Assembly (NCBI RefSeq): GCF_006345805.1
Contig: NC_043005.1
Span: forward strand, 18,290,001-18,354,000
Origin: Octopus sinensis
Taxonomy: Eukaryota
DNA: 64,000 bases
Reading direction: 5' to 3'
Of the stretch, positions 26,165 to 37,929 are shown one piece after another. The notes below the pieces were generated by a model. It ran no database searches and was not told the DNA's origin. It saw only the letters and a list, made by a program, of their open reading frames with translations. Every line of letters starts with the position of its first letter. Position 1 is the stretch's first letter. The translations under genes were made by a program, and so were the position numbers.

Positions 26165-28865
26165 ACTTAGATATGTTTCGACCAATGATTGGTCCAGGCC
26201 ATGTCTAACTTAATAGTACCACCTGATAGGATTATTTGAATCCTGTTTAAGTCAAGTTTTGTTTATGGTCCATTTAAGTAGTGAGTTTTTGTTGGGTGAG
26301 TTGTATCCAATTATAGGTGGCTTATCTGGTATTCCTTGAAGGAATCTATCCGGACTCCGTTTAAAGTTGATGGGATCCTGTTCCTCTTTGATCTCTTTCG
26401 GGACAATGTTAAATAGGGCAGGGCCTGTTGAGGAAAAGAAATTATGTTGTAGTGTACATGTATGCTGTGATCTTGAATTAAGCAGGGGACGTATGGCCCG
26501 TGGTCCCAGTCTTGGATGAACCTTGAAGCTAATGTTCAGGTCGTTTGGGCAAAGTTGGCAGTATATTCTCCACAGCGTACAAATGATGTACCGCTCACGG
26601 CGACGCTGGAGAGAGTAGAGTTTCAAGGCTTTAAGGCGATCCCAATAATCGAGAGCAGCCATGCCTTCAATTCGTTTAGTGAGTGCTCTCTGGGGTGATT
26701 CAATCCTCGAGATGTTTTGTCTTGTATGGGGAGACCACAATGGGCAGCGGTATTCGAGGTGTGGCCGTACAAAGGAGGAGAAAAGTGGTATGATGACACC
26801 TTGTTCTCTGGACCGGAATGTTCTTAAGATCCAGGAACTCATCCTACGAGCTATATCGACCTTCTTGTTGATGTGTGCACTCCAACTGAGATCGTCATCA
26901 ACAATTACACCCAGGTCTCTGATATTGTTAGAGGCTGTGAGCGGTTCCCCTGAAGGAAGTGAGTATGGCTGTTTTAGTGAGGAATTTCTTCCAAAATGCA
27001 TCAGCTCAAATTTTCCCTCGTTCAGTTGCATTTTGTTTCTGTCTGCCCATTGACTCACAGCATATAGATCAAACTGGAGCTGAGTTCGGTCTGCTTCTTC
27101 ATTGACGATTTGCTGGAGCTTAGTGTCATCAGCAAATATTTTCACTTTGCAGTAATGGACGACACTGGAAAGCTCGTTTATGAAGATTATGAAGAGTAGC
27201 GGACTGAAACAGTTTCTATCCCAGTCAGTCATCCCGGTTTTCAAACAGGGAAACAGATCCCTCGCACTGGTGACTTTTGCTGGGCTTGAGTGGACTCCAT
27301 CAAGTACAACATGTTGTGTTCTATTCGCCAGGAAATACTTGATCCAGTGTAGAACTTTTCCACGGATTCCAACATTTGCCAATTTTGAGAGTAGGATATT
27401 ATGGTCTACCCTGTCGAACGCTTTACTGAAGTCAAGGTATATGACATCAGAGTTCGAACCTGTTCCCAAGGCTTTGAGTACATCTTCAATGTGGTGTAAG
27501 AGCTGTGTTAGACAGTCCCTACCACAGCGAAAGCCATGCTGATTTGCATTTAGGAGTTTGTGGGTCTCCAGGAAGTCAGCTATCCTTGATCTTAACACAC
27601 TCTTTCAAACACTTTGATGATGTGGGAGGTGAGTGAGATTGGGCGATAGTTGAGTGCGAGGGATCTGTTTCCCTGTTTGAAAACCGGGATGACTGACTGG
27701 GATAGAAACTGTTTCAGTATATAACCTGCGTCTAACGAATTTCTCCAGAGGTTGGTCAGAGGGACTGCAAGTTGGTATCTACATTCCTTCAGGAGACTAG
27801 CGGGAAATCTATCAGGGCCTACAGCAGAGTAATGTTTCACCTCATTTATTGCTGCTACGATGTCAGTGGCAGTGAATGTTATGTCTGAGATTTTGTGTTG
27901 GGAGTCAACTTCGTTCGTTTCGCTTACGTCAATATCAGTGGGATCACTAAAGACAGAGCAGTATTATTTCTGCAGTATTTCTGCCATTTCTTTAGCATCG
28001 TGTTGGGGAATGCCGTTATCAATCAATGGCCCAATGGGTGAGACAGTGGTTCTATGCTTATTTGCATAAGAATAGAACACTTTTGGGTTCTGTTTGATGT
28101 TTTTGATTACCCACTGTTCCTCCACAGCTCTTTGATTTTCAATGGAGGCTTTCATGTTAGTCTGCAGATGAAGTTTTTCCAGCTCTAGCCTTTTCATTGT
28201 TGTTGAATGCGGATGTTGTATGTGGGAATATTTTAACTGGTTGGTTTTTTTGTTGAGTCTTTTGATGCGCCTGATGAGTGTTTTTTTCATTTTATGGAGC
28301 CCGTTTCTGTTTGTGTTAGTAGATTTCGTGGGAGCGTGTTTAGAGCATGTATAGGTGACAATGTTTTCAAAGTGCTGCCATGCGGTCTCAATATGGATGG
28401 AATTGAGAGTAAAAGACCAGTCGATGAAAGACAGATCCTTTCTGATTGCTCCCCAGTCTGCTTTGTGGAAGTTTATGTTGTCAAATGAGTGCCATGGAGT
28501 GGGATTGGCTGGTTTGGTTTTTATATGTCGGGATTTAAAATTGCAAAGTACCATGTCGTGGTCAGAGAGGAGAGTTTTTTCAACTGAAATACTGTGAACG
28601 AAACTAGAGTGATTGGTCAATACCAGATCCAAGATCGTTTTATTCTGTCTCGTTGGTTCGAGCACAAGCTGAGTCAGGAAGTATTCATCCATTAGATTAA
28701 AGAGCAGTTCTGCTGCTGCTCTATCTGATGTAGAGCATTTGCCTTACTTCAGAGTATTTGTGGGCTAGTTCACATGAGGGAGGTTAAAATCACCCATCAC
28801 TAGTATGTTTCCGGAGTTGTACTTCCGAAGGAAGGACTTGACTTTGCTAAGGCACTCTTCAAAGC

Positions 28866-28868
<3 letters not shown>
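26165..28868 (-). mobile_element. 5'-truncated CR1/L2-group LINE (APE C-terminus + RT), disrupted
   Basis: GDFN and ILDLVLTN..SDH (APE); YLDFSKAFDRVDH, PLLFIIFINEL and IFADDTKL (RT); ORF pieces 27964-28692 and 26252-27598. Confidence 0.93.
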
Positions 28869-28933
<65 letters not shown>

Positions 28934-28991
28934 ATAAGAAATGAAAAAAGGAAAATACACACACGTACACAGTTTTAATATTATTTTTAAT

Positions 28992-29026
28992 ATATCGACC
29001 GGTTTCGCTAGTGCTATTCATGATAT
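28992..29026 (-). ncRNA. Minimal type I hammerhead candidate, A3-U8 core
   Basis: ATATC-ATGAATA-GC-ACTA-GC-GAAA-CCGG-TC-GATAT. Confidence 0.6.
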
Positions 29027-29422
29027 TATGCTTTACTTATTTGATATATATTTTTTCTTAAGAAGAAATTTTGTTCATGTTAAGTGTGATGATATTTACG
29101 AGTGAATGACTACAAAAGTAGAAAAATAAGGGGAGGAAATTGGTTATCGTTATTTCAATTCACGATTACAGCACTGTTCATAAATCCCATCGCTAAACAA
29201 GTTTTTCAAAACTTGTTTTTGTCTGTACATATATATTTCCCTCCCATTACCGAAAGCTGAACAGTTATCTCCCTTACCCACAACAATAACAATAATAACG
29301 GTAACTAATTACATCCCCTTATTTTACTACTTTTGAAGTCATTTACTCGTAAATATCATCACACATAGTATGGACAAAATTTCTTCTTAAGAAAAAATGC
29401 ATATTCAAATAAGTAAAACATA

Positions 29423-29457
29423 ATATTATGAATAGCGAAAGCGAAACTGGTCGATAT
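29423..29457 (+). ncRNA. Minimal type I hammerhead candidate, A3-U8 core
   Basis: ATATT-ATGAATA-GC-GAAA-GC-GAAA-CTGG-TC-GATAT. Confidence 0.55.
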
Positions 29458-29569
29458 ATTAAAAATTATATTAAAACTATGTAAATGTGCGTATTTCCTT
29501 TTTTAATTTCTTATATACATTACAACTTACCACTTGGGGATAATCGAAATTCCTCCTTTCTGTTACTAC

Positions 29570-29620
<51 letters not shown>

Positions 29621-29622
<2 letters not shown>

Positions 29623-30040
29623 ATAAATGGTGGGGTTGTGTTGACCGCACGTGGAGAAATGATAAGTAAGGAAAAATTTTTTTTTAAATGCTGAATGCTC
29701 AAATGAAAGAAAATTTTAATAAAATGAGAAATTGATAAAATATATAAATATATATTTATTCAACCGGTTTTCGTCATTGTATGACTTGTCAAGAATATTT
29801 ATGTTTTAAAAAGTTTTTTTAAAAATTAGAAAGGGGAAAAAAAGAAAATTGCATTGTTTTTGTAAAAGAATAATGATAAAAATGTACAAAAATTAAAAAA
29901 TAAGTTCTCCGATACATTGTGAGTTCGTTGTGTATCTTGAGTTTTATGGTTGTTTACGAAAAAATTACCTTGAGGTGTTAAGATCCAAAGGGATTAAGAG
30001 CATGTGTTGTGTTGTTAAATTCAGCATGTTTGCAGCCTTG

Positions 30041-30042
<2 letters not shown>
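29621..30042 (-). mobile_element. (TA)n-flanked element with HHR motif
   Basis: Bounded by TA tracts on both sides; contains the motif at 29757-29797. Confidence 0.6.
29757..29797 (-). ncRNA. Type I hammerhead candidate, U3-A8 core
   Basis: TATTC-TTGACAA-GTCA-TACAA-TGAC-GAAA-ACCGG-TT-GAATA (one extra A in the A run). Confidence 0.6.
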
Positions 30043-30127
<85 letters not shown>

Positions 30128-30295
30128 CTTAATTATAATAAAGGGCTTATTGCAACAAGTTGCTCAAAACCTCTTACCGAAAATATTAGAAATAGCAGCC
30201 CAAATAGGTCACTATTTCTACTACTAATAAAAAAGTCTCCACAAACAAACAGAATTTGTAACCCGTATATGGTAAAGAGAAATATATGTATATAA

Positions 30296-30385
<90 letters not shown>

Positions 30386-31199
30386 GTGTATGTATGTATA
30401 AATATATGTATTTATATACGTATATATATACATATATATATGCATATATATGTATATAAATACATATATATACATATATATATATACATTTATATATACA
30501 TACATATGTATATATATATATATATATATACGCGTATTTGCATATACATACACACATGCGCGCACATATATACATACATGCATGCATACATGCATTCATA
30601 CATACATACATACATACATACATACATACATACATACATACATGCATATTGTCTACCTTCTCCAATTCTGATATAATTTGGAGCTGAAGAGTATGATCAG
30701 TAAAACAAAAGCTATATTGAAGTCGTTAAAATTTAAGTATTGTCATTTTCAATTTAGAATATTTAATTTTATAATATTAGAAAAAATTCAATTAACTAGT
30801 TCAATTTTTACAGATCTTTTTCTTACATCATTTAACTACTCCTTTCATTCTTTCATATAATTGAGATTTTTCATCGAAACTTATTTAAATTATTTAGAAC
30901 ACTTGAGTCACTGCATGTAGCCTTAAAAATTCAATTGTAACGTTTATGAATCATATTTTATGATTTTAAGCATTGTGGCATATCTACGTAGCCATACACA
31001 AATGTGCTTATTCATATGCGTGTATATATAAGATTAAAATTTTGTTCTTGTTTGGCTTACACATTTCAGTTCCTTTAATTTTGTGCCAATATATTTCAAA
31101 TTTGGTGCACTGATATCGTATATTGATTATGGAAATGAAATTCATTTTTGCCATAAAGTGAAGAATAAAAAGTTAATAGCCTTTAATTTTTTTCTAATT

Positions 31200-31740
31200 T
31201 TGGTAATTTTAGCCAATGGAAAGTCACAGACACATTGGTGCCTGTTTCCAAAGTAACAAGCGGTGCTATGGGAAGATTGTTGAGATTGACGAAATAGCCT
31301 TCTCAAGACATAAATACAACTGGGGAAGGGTACCACCTACGCAGTGGATCTTCGGAGTAGTGTGTCGTGAGATCAGAGATATTTTTTTATGCAGTGCCAT
31401 ATCAGAATCGTGATACACTGGAAGAATGCATAACTGAGTCGATTCTTCCAAGAACGACAACTTTTGGCGACTCCTGAAGTTGATTGTTATTATTTTCCAC
31501 ATAGAACAGTGAACCAGAGCATTGAGTTTATAAATTCAAAAGATGGTATCCACACGCAACAACGGGAAACAAAACTATAAATATCGATGTGGCTCCCACG
31601 ATTCTATTGTTGGCTTGTATTTCTGCGTGTTTATGTGGCGCAGGAGATACGAAAATTGCAAAATTGTTGACAAACATCTTGAATGCATCACAATCTTCCG
31701 TTTTTCAATTTTCGCTACAAAATATGTTTTGCTAATATGA
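31200..31740 (+). mobile_element. Decayed Merlin (IS1595/ISXO2-like) transposase
   Basis: GKIVEIDEIAFSRHKYNWGRV..QWIFGVVCRE; later YKYRCGSHDS...FMWRRRY. Confidence 0.8.
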
Positions 31741-32279
31741 ACGAGTTTATTTTTTTGGCAATTTAACGTTGGTATTTTTTAGTAATTTTTCGCTAAAAAA
31801 AAGAAAGATTTTCATTGAGTATTTTTCCTTTTTATATTGTTTACAAACCTGTTCCAACATTTCACATGATTTTACTCATTAAAACTTATTAAAGCCTCAA
31901 TCGTCGTCATCGTAATGTTTCATCTAATGTTGTCAAAGACAGTTACCACGAGGAAAATACCATCTTCCAAATCCTGTTTTTCGAATGGGAGAAGATTGTC
32001 AAAGATGAAACTTCGATATCAGTTTTTCAAAATTTTGCTTCCGAGACATCAGAATTACAACATCGAATTCGGCGCGCAAGAATTACATCGCTAAGTTTTC
32101 ACTTAATTTAAAAATTTGGAGAAGTGCGAACCAAGCAGAAAAGATCCTTTATGCATACATAAACACACACACACAAACACACACATACACACACATACAC
32201 ACACAAACGCACACTTACACACACATACACATGCATAATATATATATATACACACATATATGACAATATGTATGCATCA

Positions 32280-32290
32280 ATCTATATCTA

Positions 32291-32349
<59 letters not shown>

Positions 32350-32354
32350 GTCTG

Positions 32355-32429
<75 letters not shown>

Positions 32430-32430
32430 G

Positions 32431-32487
<57 letters not shown>
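32280..32487. repeat. (TCTA)n microsatellite
   Basis: Direct inspection. Confidence 0.95.
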
Positions 32488-32563
32488 ATGTGTGTGTGTA
32501 TGTATATGTGTACATACATATGTATTAGCGACAGAGGCAGTGTTAATAGCGAGAGGCAATGCG

Positions 32564-33206
32564 TATTCCCACTTGAATGTGGGTGTCCTGTTAGGACAAA
32601 CTTTATTGCGGCAGATATCATGAAAGTCTCAGATAGGCTTTTGGTACAAAATGCACGCTTATTTATATCACTAGCGAGGAGATATGTCCCCACTGACTCT
32701 AGCGCCGAGACGAACAGATCATATGATTTCGAGCTTCGTTGATCTAATCGGTTATGGACACTCGACTCATCTCCTCACAGCGGTATAAACAAACGTGTAT
32801 TTTGCACCAAGAATCTGTATGAGACAGTAAAGTTTGTTCTATCAGAATATGCATGTTGAAGTGAGGATAAATATTACGTCTCGGTGTTAATATTGCCTCT
32901 CTTGCTTGTATATATTTTTAACGAAGTCACTGATTAATCACAACACAGTGCCTATTGTCATTGATTTTCTACATATCGCTAGCAGGCAGATGAATCGCTG
33001 CTATCTCTAGCGGCCGCTCGTCCATCACTGATGAGACTAAGGAAGGTCGAAATCTCGCGATCAGGTGCTCTTCGCAATGGAGTTGGTTAAGAATTATCTC
33101 CGTGCAATCTGCGCCGAGAGTCTATATGAAAGTTTCTCTCGTGATATCTACAGCAGTAACGATTTTACTAAGAGAACATCCACATATCCCCATTTAAGTG
33201 GGAATA
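32564..33206 (+). mobile_element. ~640-bp element with diverged ~75-bp terminal inverted repeats and an internal HHR
   Basis: TATTCCCACTTGAATGTGG...GATATC at the left end mirrors GATATC...CATTTAAGTGGGAATA at the right end. Confidence 0.6.
33023..33067 (+). ncRNA. Type I hammerhead, canonical core
   Basis: CATCA-CTGATGA-GACT-AAGGAA-GGTC-GAAA-TC-TCGC-GA-TC-AGGTG; the closing pair of stem I is an A.A mismatch. Confidence 0.65.
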
Positions 33207-33261
33207 TGTGTGTATGTGTGTGTGTGAGTGTGTATATGTCTGTGTGTGTGTGTGTGTATTG

Positions 33262-34430
33262 GGTCATCCTATAAATAATGCGGTTTCTATACTTTTATTT
33301 TTCAAAATTAAGATAAACAAATTTCTTTTTCAATATTAAATATACTCTCCTTCAGTTTCTACGATGTTCTATCTATCTGATAGACTTGCAAGACCTCCCT
33401 TCCAAAATTCACTTCTTCATTACGAAAAATACTCCTCCAGTAGTATTCTGACGTTGTCTACAAAATACATGTTTTTTTCTGCCCAAATGATTTTGAAGAC
33501 TGCAAAATAAATGATAATCAGATGGGGTAATATCCAGCAAATATGATGTGTGGGGCATCGTTTCCCATTCAAATAGTTCCAGCCTTTGAAATGTCGTCCT
33601 CGCTAAATGCAGCCGAGCATTATCCTGATGGAAGAACACCTTTTGTATTGAAACGAAAGATGGTCGTTTTCCTTCTAGCACTGATTTAAGCCGTTCAAGC
33701 AGCTTGCAGTAGATTTGATTTGTTATCGTTTTGTTTGGGTTTAAAAGTTCAAAGTCGGTTAAACCTTTCATATCCCAACAACCAAATAAGAGAACCTTAC
33801 GTGGGTAAAAATCTTCTTTAACCTGGGGTGCCGGTGTTTCTCTTTTCGTTACCCACTGTCTTCGGCGATTGACATTTCTCTAAAGAATGCATTTTTCGCC
33901 ACCAGTCACTATTCGGTCAAAAAAAGATTCATTCGTTAGATGTGACAGCAAAGAAGAGCACAGATTCAATCTATGTGCAATATTAGACTCGGAAAGTTTG
34001 CGAGGAACCCATTGACCCAATTTGCTGACTTTTCCGATGGCACACAAGTGTCTATGAATAGTCGAAATATGAAATCCAAGCTTCTCTGTTTGCTCTTCAA
34101 GATTTACGATGGGATTTTGTTCCACTAGGTTTTACAGGATGTCCTCATAGAGCTTTACAGATCTCCCAGGACAAGGATCGTCTTCTAGGATGTAGTTTCT
34201 GGCTCGGAATTTCTGGTACCATCGTTGACACAGGCTTACGCTTATTGTCCGATCACCACATCCTGCATTAATATTCCTTGCACTTTCCGTTGTATTGTTG
34301 TTTTTATTGAACTCACAGAGCAAAATATGTCGAATATACTTGTTTGTCACTTCCATTATAGCTTCGAAAAAATAACTGTTAAAATCGGACTGCTCTCTTC
34401 AGAATTTGCACTAAGAATAAGGACAATGTA
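33262..34430 (-). mobile_element. Decayed mariner transposon
   Basis: ORF pieces with IRHILLCEF, WVPRKL, IVTGGEK, HQDNAR and YLLDITPSDYHLF; TIR TATTGGGTCATCC at ~33262. Confidence 0.92.
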
Positions 34431-34992
34431 AAATTATAGTTATCGCCATACTAATATGGCATTCTTATAAAAATAAGAAAAAAGCTGTCCGCTTATTAGC
34501 TCCATGAGGCCATCGCCTTAAGTTAGCTATTTGATACACAAACTGTATCCATATAACCTTCGAACAAGGGAGGTCAGTCGCTCCACACTACTTGACCGGC
34601 AGCTACAGACGCGTTTCGGGGTATTGCCCCTTTTCAATGCAGCGTAGCCAGCCAGTAGGTGTCGCTTCCGACAATCTCTGTTCGATGGTTTTATTTACCT
34701 AGTTTCGGTGGAATACATCCACTTGTTTTCAATAATAGAAATATTAAAATTACTAAGTCTCTCTAAAAGAGAACAGCGGCAGCGTTCCCGGAAAATAATA
34801 GTTATCGCCATACTAATATGGCATTCTTATAAAAATAAGAAAAAAGCTGTCCGCTTATTAGCTCCATGAGGCCATCGCCTTAAGTTAGCTATTTGATACA
34901 CAAACTGTATCCATATAACCTTCGAACAAGGGAGGTCAGTCGCTCCACACTACTTGACCGGCAGCTACAGACGCGTTTCGGGGTATTGCCCC
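34430..34992 (-). mobile_element. 362-bp-unit partial tandem (1.55 copies) carrying an HHR
   Basis: 34430-34630 is repeated at 34792-34992; the second copy breaks off inside the ribozyme motif. Confidence 0.85.
34602..34643 (-). ncRNA. Minimal type I hammerhead, U3-A8 core
   Basis: GCTGCA-TTGAAAA-GGGG-CAATA-CCCC-GAAA-CGCG-TC-TGTAGC; 6-bp stem I, 4-bp stem II, palindromic ACGCGT stem III, GUC site. Confidence 0.8.
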
Positions 34993-35321
34993 GTATCCCC
35001 TCCTGTCACCGTCAAGTAGATTACTGGATGTTCGGCTATCTTGACCAGACCTTCACGGTAACCTCTCGAGGAATGTGAGATTTGAACTTAGTATATAGAG
35101 AGCTCGAAGACTGACCTCAAAGCATTTCTGCCGACGCGGCAACGACTCTACCATCTCATACTTGAAATGAAACGTTCCGCTCACGAACAAAACGCGCCGC
35201 CCAGCGCGGGAATTGAACCCACCATCTAGCAACCGTAAGTGCTACACTCCTTCCCATATGTGTGCGTGTGTGTGTGTATGCAGGGATGTATTACTTATTA
35301 CCATTTAAATATATATACATG

Positions 35322-35434
<113 letters not shown>

Positions 35435-35476
35435 TATATACATACATACATACATACATACATACATACATACTAC

Positions 35477-35543
<67 letters not shown>

Positions 35544-35544
<1 letters not shown>

Positions 35545-36372
35545 GCGTAGTCTGATCAAGTATCTGGGCTGTTGCCATAGAAACGAAGCTAAAGTATGCA
35601 GAGTAAAGCTGCTTGGCAAAGATTAGCCTTGAACCCACCTGTGCGTGCGCACTAAGTTTTAAAATTCTGGCTCACTTCCGCTGTCTACAGCAGTGCCTGG
35701 GAAGAAGGTGTGTATCATGTGATCGTCGCATTGACCATGACAGAGAACGTTGAGGAAAACCTGCTCAGAAGCCTACACAAAATTTTCATAAAGTTTTCAT
35801 CGTTCTCGACACAATCAAGGAAATATTGTGCAACGAAACTTGTGTGTGTTTTTGGTCAGCTGAATGCAGACTTGGTAGAGTCACATCTCATACCCAAGTC
35901 TTCAGTAATAATGAAATAATCTGTACATCCCGTGATAACTCACGGATGATAATTCGACGATTTCACCTCACAGCTGCACGAACATCTGCGATGGTTTTCT
36001 AAGTCATGCTGGTTGCGTGTCTCCCCGAACGATTGTTAATATCGACATTTTTCGGCCATCTTGGAAACGTCCGAATCACTCAAACTTGTATGCGGCTCAT
36101 ACACTCCTCTCCATATACTTTCTGCATGTTTGAGCAGGCATCTGAGCAGGTATCGCCATGACAACTTTTTCTGTCATGGTCAATGCGATGATCACACGCC
36201 ACACACGTTCATTCTATGAATTGCTGTAAACAGCGAAAGTGAGCTGGAACGTTAAACTTGGTGTGCCTGCACAGCAGATATCATGGTCAATCTTTGCCAA
36301 GCGACTTCTCTCTGACTGCTTTAGCTTCGACACTATGGAAACTGTCCTGAAACTTATAGATTAGACCTCGTA
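35544..36372. mobile_element. Mariner-derived element made of two inverted 5' ends
   Basis: Minus-strand arm encodes KVYGEECMSR...ADVRAAVR.NRRIIIRELS; the plus-strand arm 35544-35790 is a diverged inverted copy with TIR. Confidence 0.75.
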
Positions 36373-36419
36373 TAACTTTGTTCCGATAGAACATCCATGT
36401 TTAAATGGGGATGAATATT

Positions 36420-36605
36420 TATTTCTTTATTGCCCACGGGGGTGCTAAACATAAAGGGGACAAAACAAGGGCAGAGAAAGGGATTAAGTCGATTCTACTT
36501 ATCCCAATGCGACCTCGGCGGAACTTGAACTCAGAATGCAACGGCAGCCGAAATGCTGCTAAGCATTTCGTCCGGCGTGCTAACGATTCTGCCAGCTCGT
36601 CGCCC
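36420..36605 (-). mobile_element. SINE family A with internal deletion
   Basis: Head and tail match; the middle is missing. Confidence 0.8.
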
Positions 36606-37891
36606 TCTAGTGACGCTAATAAACATATTGCAGCCATGGGTTAGCACAAAACTGTAGTGGAGGACTCCTAGAAAATCATACAACCATATTAACCCGAATC
36701 CGTGCTTACGTATACATATTAACATTAAAATGAAGTAGCTAGATGAATATGAATTTTGTTATCTTTTTCCTAATGCATATTTGTGTAGAGATCAAAGTGT
36801 TCGTTTTAAATTTCACCGGATTATTAGTGACGTAAATTTTAAAAATGTATCTATGAATATGAATATATAAGACCAGAAAAAACACAGATATTCAAATGCA
36901 TATGATTATACACACACACACACACACACGCACACGCACATATACACACACAAATGTACGCATATATATATACACACACACACGCACATATATACACTTA
37001 TATGTATGTTTCTCTGTATGCTTTTATGTATGTATGTATTATGTATGTATGTATATATGTATGTATGTATGTTTGAATGTATGTATATATATAAAAGTCT
37101 GGAGATATACACGCTTCTGTAATATTTTCAATGGTATTAATTAGATTTTAATACTTTTTAAATCTGTTAAAGAATTCTTATGTAGATTTCTTGAGAATGC
37201 TTTTTTTCTAAATAGGATTATTCGAGCTCATTTCGTTCGTTATTTTTTAAAATATATTCTATCAAAAGACACACACTCCTTAAACTTTTCCTTGCATGGA
37301 TATTTTCATCCATTGAATGCATATGCGTATTTGCTTCTTGTGTTTATATGTGTTTTCTTGTACAAGTATAGGGTAGTGTATGTGTAGGTGCGTGTGTCTG
37401 TGTATAGGTGTGTGTATATGTCTCTGTATATGTCTGTATACGTGTATCTATGTTTTAACGGGTTTCACATATTTAGTATCTTTGTATCTGTGCATTTGTA
37501 TATAGCAAAATATTCAGGTTTCTTGGCCCCTAATTTTCTGTTTACTTATCAATGTTGTTTTCTCTCCCTACTTTTTCTCTCAGTCTGTTTCTATGCATTT
37601 ATATGCATGTATATACATATATTAGTATAAATAGACATGTGCATGTGTGTAGGTGTGTTTGTGTGTATGTGTGCGTGTGTGTGTATGTGAGTGCGTATGT
37701 AATACTGAAACTGAAGTTGTGATTTTCTTTTGCGATTCGAATTTCACGTGAAGCTTGTGGTTTAAGTTTCGGGCCCACGGCATTACATTTTCGGTGAGTG
37801 ATGTATAATGACATAAGATTGACCAGTGTTTCATCGTTTCATCAGTTTAATTGACTGACGGAAACAGTGAAGAGGACCAGCGTTTGTACAC

Positions 37892-37926
<35 letters not shown>

Positions 37927-37929
<3 letters not shown>

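Larger units (their letters stand above)
28936..29512. mobile_element. TA-flanked fold-back element (~225-bp arms, ~125-bp spacer), each arm with an HHR motif
   Basis: ~28936-29160 is the diverged reverse complement of ~29285-29512 (about 80-85% identity by eye). Confidence 0.8.
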
